Assembly: GCA_950097015.1 (NCBI GenBank)
Contig: CATNEN010000003.1
Span: forward strand, 13,330,001-13,394,000
Length of the DNA stretch: 64,000 nt
Reading direction: 5' to 3'
From: Macrostomum hystrix
Lineage: Eukaryota > Animalia > Platyhelminthes
The notes under the pieces are model-generated. The model was not told the origin of the DNA. It did no database searches and saw only the letters and a list, made by a program, of their open reading frames with translations. Position numbers and translations under genes: made by a program. Below, piece after piece: positions 37,355 through 49,450 of the stretch. Numbering within the stretch: position 1 is the first letter of the stretch; every line of letters starts with the position of its first letter.

Positions 37355-40151
37355 TTCGTGGTAGCAGTTTTTGCGGAAGTCGCAGTTGTTGCCGTGGTAA
37401 CCATGGCAACAGGCGTTGCCACCGAAGGCTGCACAATTCGATTGGAATTGGCAGATGAGGTTCTACCCGTAGTTCGATTAGTTTGCACTTTTAAACCGGA
37501 TAAATCTAGTTTCAATGCACCGTCCTGCGACTCAGGCTGCTGCTGCTGCTGCATCTCTACCAACTTTCTCTTCTGCTCTCTTTCTTTCTCTTCGGCTGTT
37601 AATCTTTCTAGAAATTTTCCAGTTCGCCTCTGTAGCTCCAATTTTTCGGCTTCCGCTGCCCGTTCCAGTTTGGCCAATCGAACAGCTTCGCGCCAGGCGT
37701 CGAAAGCCCGACCCAGCAGCCGTTGGCGATGCCTCCTAGCAGCCCAATCCATTCGTCTCTGAGCCTCGCGCAGCGCATTCTGAGCCGCCAGAGCTTCTCG
37801 TTCAGCCGCTTGACTTCTAGCGTGCCAACGCCAGGCGGAAAAGCTGCGCCGAATTAGACGAAAATCGCGAAAAGCCGCCGCTTTACCGGAAGCCAATCGA
37901 CTACTGGCGAGAATTTCTCGCCAATTAGCGAAGCATCGACTTAGTAGGGCTAGATTGTTCAACAGGATGCGTCGTTGAACACGCGCCTCCAAGGCTTGAC
38001 GCCTGAGCTGTCGAAGGCTTCGCTTCTCGTCAGACGCGGCCGCTGCGCGTCGCTCAGCTAGAATTGCAGCTTCCGTCTGGCGACGTTCCCGCTCGGCTTG
38101 TTCGCGTTCCTCCTTCAATAGCGCAGCCTCCTGACGCCGGCGCTCCTCGAGTTCCCGACGCTGGCGTTGAGCTTCGGCTTCGACTAGGCGAGCCTCTTCG
38201 CGTCGACGCAGAGCCGCGGCGCGCTCCTCTTCGGCTACAAGTCGGCGAGCTTCCTGGGCCAGGCGACGAGCTTCAGCGGATCTTTCGCGCTGCTCAGCCT
38301 CGGCCAGGCGACGACGTTCGCGAGCTTCGCGAGCCTGCTGCTGACGCAGCTCCATGCGGATGCGGGGATCGACGCGAACCTAAGGGTTTGACAGCAACAT
38401 TTAATTGCTGAGTGAAAGATCTGTGTCACTCTGCAGAGAAATCTAAATGTCACTCTGTGTCACCACTCTGTGTCACGACAAATCTGTGTGCCACTCTCTA
38501 GACAAATCTGTGTGTCACTCTCTAGACAAATCTGTGTGTCACTCTCTAGACAAATCAGTGTGCCACTCTCTAGACAAATCAGTGTGCCACTCTCTAGACA
38601 AATCTGTGTGTCACTCTCTAGACAAATCTGTGTGTCACTCTCTAGACAAATCTGTGTCACTCTATTGACAAATCTGTGTGTCACTCTCTAGAAAAATCTG
38701 TGTCACTCTCTAGACAAATCTGTGTGTCACTCTCTAGAAAAATCTGTGTGCCACTCTCTAGACAAATGTGTGTCACTCTAGACGAATCTGTGTGTAACTT
38801 AGATTGTTTGGTAACTCTGCAAAACGAGCACAATATCACCTTAGCCTCATCGTCCAACACTTTAGCCGGAACATAATCTTTGTTTAATAATCTTTGTATG
38901 ATTTTTTCGGCATCGGAAAGTTCAGAATCAGCTGTGGCTCCAGTAGCTTCGCTGTCATCATTATCGCCAGCCAGATGTGGCCATTCTAACAATGAACGCG
39001 ATCTAGTTGACTCACTGTGATTGGCATGTACATAACTGTCAGAATTGACTTCGCTTAACAATGCCTCGTCTGACAGCAACTTGCTGGTCATCCATTCTCG
39101 AATTAGACTTCTAGCTTCATCTTCAACGCTGCCACCGGCTGATTGCTGCTTTGAAGTCTTACCGGCTAGTGCGCTGTCGGTAGCAGATTCCACTTTCTGT
39201 TGGAAAAATGTGGTTGAATTTCTTGTTGCCTACTTTTTAAATGATCATTTATGCTACTTACTAATAAGTGACAGTTTCTTAACTATTCTAGTCCGATAAT
39301 TAAGACTTTGGAATCAAAAGTGTGAGGTCGAAAAGTTGCACCCCACTTAAATTTTTTGCAGCACGTGAATGCTAACAGCGTTGGGTTGTGACTGGTTGGT
39401 TGAAAGACTAGGCGATTGTGTCCTGTTGTTGAGCTTCGCCTAATATTTTGGCTTGATCAGTGACATTGGAGAAAATCAGCGGCCTAGTTCCACCTGTTGT
39501 GGCCCTTGAAGGTCCAGCAGCCCTTCTAGATAAAGGTAGGTGACCACCGAAGACCGAAATGATGCAGGCACATTCGGGTGACATGCTGATCAATTTTGAA
39601 GGCCTGGCAAGACCGCACTGAGGCGCAGTGCTAATTTGTGTATAGGGGGTGTATGAAATACACAAGAGCTTTTGGGAGAAATCTGACATTCGGCCAGAAC
39701 CATTGATTATCTCGACGGTCGGAAGAGCTGGCGACTTGATTCTTGTTTCAGAAGATGCGCAACAAAAAATTGGCCCGCGCACTCGAGTTTTGTGCGCTTG
39801 CGTTGTTCCGTTCGGGTGCAGCACAAAAAATTGTCAGGGAGGCAAAGCCCCTCTATTTCTAATATACTAGGTATCACATCTATAGAAGTGATAACTTTAC
39901 TTCTATAGTGAATCACTTTGAAGTGATTCAAAAGTGAAGAATCAGAATTTAAAAATCAGATTTGAAGTGGAAATTTGGGGTAGAGTTATGTGAATAAAAC
40001 ACCGGACATCTACCTTTAACCAACTTTTCATATCATAATCCGATGATGGTACATTGCTGGCATTCGTTAAACCAGGCTTGCTTTTAGCAGCAGAAGCAGA
40101 CGAAGCAGTAGCTTTGTAACGAAACAGGCCTGGATTGCTGCGGTCAGTCAT
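34160..40151 (-). CDS. CCDC191: Coiled-coil domain-containing protein 191 (KIAA1407-like), 5 exons
   Basis: Exons 40151-40014, 39196-38840, 38379-37153, 36519-35878, 34510-34160, all phase 0 and GT-AG. WLKKVESAT, DPRIRMELRQQQ, a long E/R/A coiled coil, Sfi1-like FxxW repeats, FEHRFKAQQ and C-terminal KVRDLLPDF. Confidence 0.8.
34590..35620. repeat. About 31-33-bp minisatellite ATTCAATGACTCATTCCGAAATGACTCTTTT
   Basis: In CCDC191 intron 4. Each unit carries ATGACTCAT. Confidence 0.92.
36630..36852. repeat. Interspersed repeat, copy 1 (CCDC191 intron)
   Basis: About 220 bp homologous to 39365-39590 (TGAATGCTAACAGCGTTGG ... GATGATGCAGGCACATTCGGGTGAC). Confidence 0.8.
38415..38800. repeat. 24-bp minisatellite GTCACTCTCTAGACAAATCTGTGT
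   Basis: Fills CCDC191 intron 2. Confidence 0.92.
39365..39592. repeat. Interspersed repeat, copy 2 (CCDC191 intron)
   Basis: Same orientation as, and homologous to, 36630-36852. Confidence 0.8.
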
Positions 40152-40297
40152 GCGTCAATTTTAGGCCGTCAATGTTTCTGCAAGGGTTTTCTATTAATAA
40201 ATTTTTGCGCTTATATTTGAAAATAAATATATTTGCGCTACTCTTAGTAGTGGTTCGTAAATTCCTATTTTGTTTTAAGTCATTCTCTTCTGGCGAA

Positions 40298-43200
40298 TGT
40301 TGGTCACTCTCTACTGGAGATTGTTTGTCACTCTCTACTGGAGATTGTTTGTCACTCTCTACTGGAGATTGTTTGTCACTCTCTACTGGAGATTGTTTGT
40401 CACTCTCTACTGGAGATTGTTTGTCACTCTCTACTGGAGATTGTTTGTCACTCTCTACTGGAGATTGTTCGTCACTCTCTACTGGTGATTGTTTGTCACT
40501 TTTTACTGGAGATTGTTTGTCACTTTTTACTGGAGATTGTTTGTCACGCTTTACTGGATATTGTTTGTCACTTTCTACTGGAGATTGTTTGTCACTTTTT
40601 ACTGGAGATTGTTTGTCACACTCTACTGGAGATTGTTTGTCACACTCTACTGGAGATTGTTTGTCACTCTCTACTGGAGATTGTTTGTCACACTCTACTG
40701 GAGATTGTTTGTCACACTCTACTGGAGATTGTTTGTCACACTCTACTGGAGATTGTTTGTCACACTCTACTGGAGATTGTTCGTCACTCTCTACTGGAGA
40801 TTGTTTGTCACTCTCTACTGGAGATTGTTCGTCACTCTCTACTGGAGATTGTTTGTCACTTTTTACTGGAGATTGTTTGTCACGCTTTACTGGATATTGT
40901 TTGTCACTTTCTACTGGAGATTGTTTGTCACTTTTTACTGGAGATTGTTTGTCACACTCTACTGGAGATTGTTTGTCACTCTCTACTGGAGATTGTTTGT
41001 CACACTCTACTGGAGATTGTTTGTCACTCTCTACTGGAGATTGTTTGTCACTTTCTACTGGAGATTGTTTGTCACTTTTTACTGGAGATTGTTTGTCACA
41101 CTCTACTGGAGATTGTTTGTCACTCTCTACTGGAGATTGTTTGTCACACTCTACTGGAGATTGTTTGTCACACTCTACTGGAGATTGTTTGTCACACTCT
41201 ACTGGAGATTGTTCGTCACTCTCTACTGGAGATTGTTTGTCACTTTTTACTGGAGATTGTTTGTCACTCTCTACTGGAGATTGTTTGTCACTTTCTACTG
41301 GAGATTGTTTGTCACTTTTTACTGGAGATTGTTTGTCACACTCTACTGGAGATTGTTTGTCACTCTCTACTGGAGATTGTTTGTCACACTCTACTGGAGA
41401 TTGTTTGTCACACTCTACTGGAGATTGTTTGTCACACTCTACTGGAGATTGTTTGTCACTTTCTACTGGAGATTGTTTGTCACTTTTTACTGGAGATTGT
41501 TTGTCACGCTTTACTGGATATTGTTTGTCACTTTCTACTGGAGATTGTTTGTCACTTTTTACTGGAGATTGTTTGTCACACTCTACTGGAGATTGTTTGT
41601 CACTCTCTACTGGAGATTGTTTGTCACACTCTACTGGAGATTGTTTGTCACACTCTACTGGAGATTGTTTGTCACACTCTACTGGAGATTGTTTGTCACA
41701 CTCTACTGGAGATTGTTCGTCACTCTCTACTGGAGATTGTTTGTCACTCTCTACTGGAGATTGTTCGTCACTCTCTACTGGAGATTGTTTGTCACTTTTT
41801 ACTGGAGATTGTTTGTCACGCTTTACTGGATATTGTTTGTCACTTTCTACTGGAGATTGTTTGTCACTTTTTACTGGAGATTGTTTGTCACACTCTACTG
41901 GAGATTGTTTGTCACTCTCTACTGGAGATTGTTTGTCACACTCTACTGGAGATTGTTTGTCACTCTCTACTGGAGATTGTTTGTCACTTTCTACTGGAGA
42001 TTGTTTGTCACTTTTTACTGGAGATTGTTTGTCACACTCTACTGGAGATTGTTTGTCACTCTCTACTGGAGATTGTTTGTCACACTCTACTGGAGATTGT
42101 TTGTCACACTCTACTGGAGATTGTTTGTCACACTCTACTGGAGATTGTTTGTCACACTCTACTGGAGATTGTTCGTCACTCTCTACTGGAGATTGTTTGT
42201 CACTCTCTACTGGAGATTGTTCGTCACTCTCTACTGGAGATTGTTTGTCACTTTTTACTGGAGATTGTTTGTCACGCTTTACTGGATATTGTTTGTCACT
42301 TTCTACTGGAGATTGTTTGTCACTTTTTACTGGAGATTGTTTGTCACACTCTACTGGAGATTGTTTGTCACTCTCTACTGGAGATTGTTTGTCACACTCT
42401 ACTGGAGATTGTTTGTCACTCTCTACTGGAGATTGTTTGTCACTTTCTACTGGAGATTGTTTGTCACTTTTTACTGGAGATTGTTTGTCACACTCTACTG
42501 GAGATTGTTTGTCACTCTCTACTGGAGATTGTTTGTCACACTCTACTGGAGATTGTTTGTCACACTCTACTGGAGATTGTTTGTCACACTCTACTGGAGA
42601 TTGTTCGTCACTCTCTACTGGAGATTGTTTGTCACTTTTTACTGGAGATTGTTTGTCACTCTCTACTGGAGATTGTTTGTCACTTTCTACTGGAGATTGT
42701 TTGTCACTTTTTACTGGAGATTGTTTGTCACACTCTACTGGAGATTGTTTGTCACTCTCTACTGGAGATTGTTTGTCACACTCTACTGGAGATTGTTTGT
42801 CACACTCTACTGGAGATTGTTTGTCACACTCTACTGGAGATTGTTTGTCACTTTCTACTGGAGATTGTTTGTCACACTCTACTGGAGATTGTTTGTCACT
42901 CTCTACTGGAGATTGTTCGTCACTCTCTACTGGAGATTGTTTGTCACTCTCTACTGGAGATTGTTTGTCACACTCTACTGGAGATTGTTTGTCACACTTT
43001 ACTGGAGATTGTTTGTCACACTCTACTGGAGATTGTTTGTCACTTTCTACTGGAGATTGTTTGTCACTTTCTACTGGAGATTGTTTGTCACTTTCTACTG
43101 GAGATTGTTTGTCACTTTTTACTGGAGATTGTTTGTCACACTCTACTGGAGATTGTTTGTCACTCTCTACTGGAGATTGTTTGTCACACTCTACTGGAGA

Positions 43201-44097
43201 TTGTTTGTCACACTCTACTGGAGATTGTTTGTCACTCTCTACTGGAGATTGTTTGTCACACTCTACTGGAGATTGTTTGTCACTCTCTACTGAAGATTGT
43301 TTGTCACTCTCTACTGGAGATTGTTTGTCACTCTCTACTGGAGATTGTTTGTCACACTCTACTGGAGATTGTTTGTCACTCTCTACTGGAGATTGTTTGT
43401 CACTCTCTACTGGAGATTGTTTGTCACTCTCTACTGGAGATTGTTTGTCACACTCTACTGGAGATTGTTTGTCACTCTCTACTGGAGATTGTTTGTCACT
43501 CTCTACTGGAGATTGTTTGTCACTCTCTACTGGAGATTGTTTGTCACTCTCTACTGGAGATCTTTATCACTCTCTACTGGAGATTGTCACTCTCTACTGA
43601 AGATTGTTTGTCACACTCTACTGGAGATTGTTTGTCACACTCTACTGGAGATGGTTTGTCACACTCTACTGGAGATTGTTTGTCACTCTCTACTGGAGAT
43701 TGTTTGTCACTCTCTACTGGAGATTGTTTGTCACTCTCTACTGGAGATCTTTATCACTCTCTACTGGAGATTGTCACTCTCTACTGAAGATTGTTTGTCA
43801 CACTCTACTGGAGATTGTTTGTAACACTTTACTGGAGATTGTTTGTCACTTTCTACTGGAGATTGTTTGTCACTCTCTACTGGAGATTGTTTGTCACTCT
43901 CTACTGGAGATGGTTTGTCACACTCTACTGGAGATTGTTTGTCACTTTTTACTGGAGATTGTTTGTCACTCTCTACTGGAGATGGTTTGTCACACTCTAC
44001 TGGAGATTGTTTGTCACTTTTTACTGGAGATTGTTTGTCACGCTTTACTGGATATTGTTTGTCACTCTCTACTGTAGATTGTTGGTCACTCTCTACT
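40298..44097. repeat. 24-bp minisatellite GTCACTCTCTACTGGAGATTGTTT (about 3.8 kb)
   Basis: About 158 units by length. Recurring variant blocks. Confidence 0.97.
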
Positions 44098-44794
44098 TAA
44101 GATAAAAGTTATTGTAAAATTAAATAATAAGTAAAGACAAGTCAGAAAAACTGATAGCGAAAAAATATAAATGTTTTACTTCACCGCAGAATTTCAATTT
44201 CAAGTCTGACCAAAAGGGCTTCCATAAATGATTTAAAGGCAAACAAAAAACAAGCAAAAAGCTGAACTAAAAAAAACCAAGAATAAAATAAAATAAATAG
44301 AAACTGATTGTTTCTAATATAGTAACAACTATCAAAATGGAAATATCACTTTAAAGAGTAAATTTAATTTTCATCTAACAGTGTCCTCAATGATAGTCTC
44401 AAACTATCAATTTAAAACAACTTAAATAACTGTTATAATGATTGTCTGAATAATGCTAATTAATGATCAGAAGTAGTCATATGAATCAGAATACAACAAC
44501 TTAAGATTATTTCCATTATATAATCAATACTAATGGCAAAAGCACAAGCTATTTTTTTAGAAATTACAGCTTGAGACACTATTTACCTCAGACCAAAGAC
44601 CACAATTAAAAAATCTAGGTTTTTAAAACAAATCTGTTTTAATTGCAACACCACCAACAATTAAAAAAGTAAAGGACAGCAAATAATATGAGACACACTG
44701 GGTTAGAATTAACAAAGTTGGTATCAGCATAATATTGTCTAGAGTCCAACACACAAAAGTTCAATGTTGGTGGACTTGTTGGTTATGCACTGGA

Positions 44795-47679
44795 TCACTT
44801 CCTAGGTTGGTGAATATTGTGGGTTGGCGGCGCATGCGGCTTCTCGTGCTTTGGCGCCGGCTTATCATGAAAAGACTTCACTGCCTCTGCTGTGAAGGCC
44901 TTGTCCTCTTTGACTAGAGTTCCAGCAACCACTTGACCCTGTTTAGCATCCTGCACCTCAGTGCCATATTCCGCCTCCTGCTTTCGCAGCTCCTCAGCAG
45001 AAAGCTTCTCGCCAGAGCCTGAGCTGCTAGTTCGTGTGCGGTGACTGGTCACTCGCATGTTGCCCACCTTGGCTGTGAGTAGGGTTTATGTAGGAGAATG
45101 ATCTGCCTTGGTAGTAATATTCATGGTAATATTTTTAGGTTTACTTTGCTGTTATTCCCCATCTTGACATCTCCGAGCTGAGCTGCTATGTAGTGACCAC
45201 TCGGGTGTCTTTTTTGCTGCTATTATTTTGCAATTTAGCCTCTAGAGGTAGAACAACCAAATTCTGGTTGCCTGCTTACACTTGTTTTAGGGGCCAGTCT
45301 ATGCCGCTTGCTGGCTGGTCATGAATGTTTTTAGTGAAAGTTAAAGCAGAATAACCAATAATGTAGGTACAACATGCTCACAGGTGCTGTGCTTTTAGTT
45401 TTAGAAAGATCATAGAATAGAAAGGTCTGTCGATTGTCAACTTTTTCTCAAAGAGAATGAGAGAAATGTTAGCACAGGCCTCAATAAGCCCCAAAGCTAT
45501 AGTCCAGATCATACTAGGTACACACCAGAACAAAATCATAGTTTTTCTTTTGTATGCTAATGCCAAGCAAATGTGCACCAAGAGATATTGCAATGACTTT
45601 TTGGACCAAAAAGTCACCAAACCAAAAAGTTTTAACATATTTTAACATAGTTTTAACATTTTTAACTTTAACCCATTCAGGATTTAAGCCAAAGTAGAAA
45701 TAGCATATATTATATTGACTATTGAAATCTAAAAGTGAAATTAAAAAAGTTTATCTATGCAAATAATATATTCCATGATGCATTGCTTAATGTATTTAAC
45801 AGATACATTTCTTTGAACTGATTATAAGTCAGTATTTTTAGCATATTCTGTATATCATTATGAATGAGTTAAATTAATGTGCACCCCATAGCACTACATA
45901 GCAGACTTAGGCATTGCTATGCACACAATTGCCAACCCTCCTGCACTTGTATTTCCGCACCTGTACCTGCATATTTCTATCCTGCACCTGCACTTATTTT
46001 GCACAATTCATTTCACTATGTTTAGACCAGCCCACCCAGCTCATGCCACGCAATTGCTAAAACTAAAAGAACTATTCTTACACAACTTGCACAAGATATC
46101 TTGTAAAGTGAAGATTGATGCTTCTTTCAGATACACTTGTGTGACAATGATAATAAATACTAGGCTTGTAGCATCATGCCATTGCATTACACTATAGGCA
46201 TAAGTATGGTTTTGTTCGTTAAACTCAAATTCGCGCGAAAATTGAAATCTAAGACCATAATGATACACAATTTGAAATTTAAGTACTGATGTGGCAGTGT
46301 CTATGGCCAAAATATACCCCATGGTTGGTGGCGCTGACATGGCAGTTGCGCTGGTGAGGAGCACAATTTCAAATTCAAATCAGATACTTATCGATATGGC
46401 TGGCGGATGCCCATCAGCACCAATTGTCATCCCTGCAAACGAGGTGGAGAACCCGGCCATGCTGGATCACCTCCTATGCGACCTACAATCCATGCATGCT
46501 GTCACAGCGGCTGGCGATGAAGGTGCAATGGCCACGATGTGCTTCCTTGCAAAGTACCACCTAATTACAAATAGTCACCAGCTATTTGAAATGTATCTGC
46601 AGGAATTTCTGTGGCGCAAGAAGTTCCCGCGTCCCCACTTCTGGCACTTCCTACGCTGTATCACGGAGCAGTACCCGCTGTAGCCCATAGTCCGGATCAT
46701 GTCGTTTACGCCGGAGATCTCCGGCGTAAATCTGGTTTGGGATCGGAGGCTGGCGTAAGTGGTTGGCGTAAGTATAGGCCAAAATGTGCCTTGGCGTAAG
46801 TGCTTGGCGTAAGTACATGGCATAAATCAAGTGGCGTAAATGTTAGCACAAATGAGATCATTCACGATCAAATGTATCACTATAGAACATAACACATTTG
46901 CGTAAATTATGATGTTTGCGTTAATTTGGAGCAGCATTAAAACAAAGTTCATAAAAATATTGCAGTTCGTATAAATGAGATAGCAGAATATCTATTGTAG
47001 GATAGCAAAAGTTTTTTTAGCTCTAAGATGCTTACTTTGATACTTGATTCAGAATTTGCAACTTGTGAGATTTTTAAACAGTTGCAACTTCTGAATTTAA
47101 TTAATCACCGATTAGCATGATTTGTGAAGGACCTTTTTTTGGGTGGCGTAAGTCAGAGGGACCTTTTTTTGGTTGGCGTAAGTCTGGCGTAAGTGCCAAA
47201 AAATGTTGGATTTTTCCTCCGGCGTAAGTCCAGCATGATCCGGACTATGGGCTGTAGCTTCTGCTGTAGCTTCTACAGGAAGATATCCTGTACCCAATCT
47301 ATACAGCTATCGTCTACCCAAAGGACATTATTCTGACATTTCTCAATGTTACCCGTTATCCTTGTTATGCCAGTTATCGTTTTTTGCGTGAATTTGAGTT
47401 TAACAAATGAAACCATTCTTATGCCATACTATAAATATAATAAATATTGTGACTTTATTATCAAATAACAGACCCATTGGCATTGATACATGAACCTGGT
47501 CTAATTTCCTTACGTTATAAATTCATAAAGATTATTTGTTATAAATTTTAGATATAGCTAGCTATACATAGAATAATTGACACATAGTAGCAGTCAGCAA
47601 GTCAGTCAGCTAGACTCTAGTTTAGAGCAGACCTACCAGCTGGGGCGTGTCCTGCTTTCAATTCAGAAGTGTCTTCCAT
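44795..47679 (-). CDS. DAP1: Death-associated protein 1 (DAP1/DAPL1 family), 2 exons
   Basis: Exon 47679-47637 (MEDTSELKAGHAPA, G|GTAGGT) joins exon 45072-44795 (cag|CC AAG). Product has the N-terminal KAGHAPAAKVGNMRV and C-terminal HNIHQPRK signatures of DAP1. Confidence 0.9.
46684..47251. mobile_element. TIR MITE with 6-bp TSD in the DAP1 intron
   Basis: TIRs CCCATAGTCCGGATCATG / CATGATCCGGACTATGGG, flanked by CTGTAG on both sides. Subterminal TGGCGTAAGT repeats. Confidence 0.85.
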
Positions 47680-48512
47680 GGTTAATTTTGAAAATGAAAA
47701 TAGTTAAACTGGCTGATGAGTTTTTATGAATAGATAACCAAGTAAAGATTAACGTTCTGAAGTATCGTTGATATACAATTCATATGTATAAATCAAGAGT
47801 TTGTTGGTTGGTTTCGAGGAAAATGTGAAGCTTAAGTCTACTTAAACAAAATGCTAAACAAAAAGCAAACAAATATATTTAAAGTGCCACTACAAGTCTG
47901 AAGCCTTTCAGTGGTCTATAAAATTCTATTCACTGCTACAATTGCTTTCCATAAGCACTCTGAGGGTCTGCTTTGAAAGTCGAGGCCGAGGACCACAAGC
48001 ATATACTCGTATATTTTTTATCGAGTAAACAATTACACGACAATGCTTCATTTATCGTGAAGCACAATTCAAAAGCAATCTAGTGGCTAACTCAATTTTA
48101 CAGTCACTTTCTAATCAAGTATAAGTATATTTCGAGAATGAGGTAGTTTTTTTCATTCAAATATCAGTACGCAAAGGTACCGTACTGGTTATAAAGGTAT
48201 TCAAATATAGACTAATTTTATGTCTGATTAGCTGCTATTGAGCTTCATTATAAATTAACGAATATAAAATGAAAATAAATTATTAATTATTGAAGCTTTC
48301 TAAAATTCGTTGAAGCAACATTGCTTGGCAAGTTTATATCATAATAACAGCATTAATTTCTTAATTAATTAAAGCAGATTTATCAACATTTCAATGTGAA
48401 AAGCGCAAAAAGTTCCTTTCTCGCTAGTGTAATATTTTTACTTGACCTATACAAATACAGCCCTAGACAAACCTACTTGGAGCATCAAGAGGATTTAAAG
48501 CTAGGTACTAAT

Positions 48513-49085
48513 TGTCTACTTACCGTGGTCGATGTCCAACAAATCAGTTCATTAGTAGCAGCGTTGATGGATGTTGATGATGGGTTGAGGAGTTAATGTA
48601 GACGCTCGCGACAACCTTACAGAGAAAATAAACAACGATTTAGAACACAAAGATCAGTATATTTAATTTGGATAGCAGTTTATTGTTCTGCTCGATTTAC
48701 CTTCACAGCTTTTCTATAGACTCTTACTCGGATGATTCAAAACACGGTAACACGAGACTGACAGATTAATGCTCAGAATTGATTGATGATTTTTGCGTAG
48801 TTAAATAGAAGTAGCGAGGCTCAGAATGGGTAAGATATGAGAAATTATAGTTTTACCTAACTGGCCTAATTCCCACGCCCTACTCTGCGGACGAGGCCCT
48901 GCTATCTCCGCTTTCGGCGCTGCTCCAACAGGATCCTATCGGTTAGCACTCCTTCTGCAAGACGGCGCGGAGTCTCCGAAGAGAGCACTTATACTGACAT
49001 TGACAACAATTAAGCACCTATCTAGACCACTCTTGACCAGCGGCGCACTCTCAAGACGCGGAACGCCGAGAGCTACCTCGCGGAG
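48513..49085 (-). mobile_element. Partial second copy of the LTR-like repeat
   Basis: Reverse complement aligns by eye with 61795-62010 and 62360-62400 (e.g. CTCTCTTCGGAGACTCCGC, AGAAGGAGTGCxAACCGATAGGATC). Confidence 0.55.
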
Positions 49086-49369
49086 TCACTCTCTCCATCG
49101 TTGTAATGACCAGTTCGTATTGTTAATTTTCGTATCGAACACTCAGAAATCAGAAATTCTGGAGCTGGACGCTAACATTTTTGAATTGAATGCAAAAAGT
49201 AGAGGAATTCGCCATTTTTGGTCGAATGGAAAGTTATTTTGACACGATTTCGCTGGCACTAATCTATAGGTACTATAATGACGAATCCTATACACACACA
49301 GCTTAAGCACACACCTTTAATTAAAGGTTTAAAATGTACGAAAAGCACCCATGCAAGCCAATTCTCTCC

Positions 49370-49450
49370 GCCGATGCGCCCGACACGGAATCGAGCTCAG
49401 GCACCTTGGCGCGAGAGGCAAAACGCGTTGGAACACTCTGTACAAAGCCG
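49370..49450 (-). mobile_element. tRNA-derived SINE head (second family)
   Basis: Minus strand CTCTCGC..CCTGAGCTCGATTCCG (B-box-like), shared with 54250-54315. Confidence 0.45.

Noticed and set aside
40172-44105. 934-1142-aa ORFs in all three + frames
   Set aside because: Pure 8-aa periodicity from the 24-bp repeat. No evidence of coding.
47712-47760. CTGATGAG hammerhead-like heptamer upstream of DAP1
   Set aside because: No stem II or GAAA partner follows.
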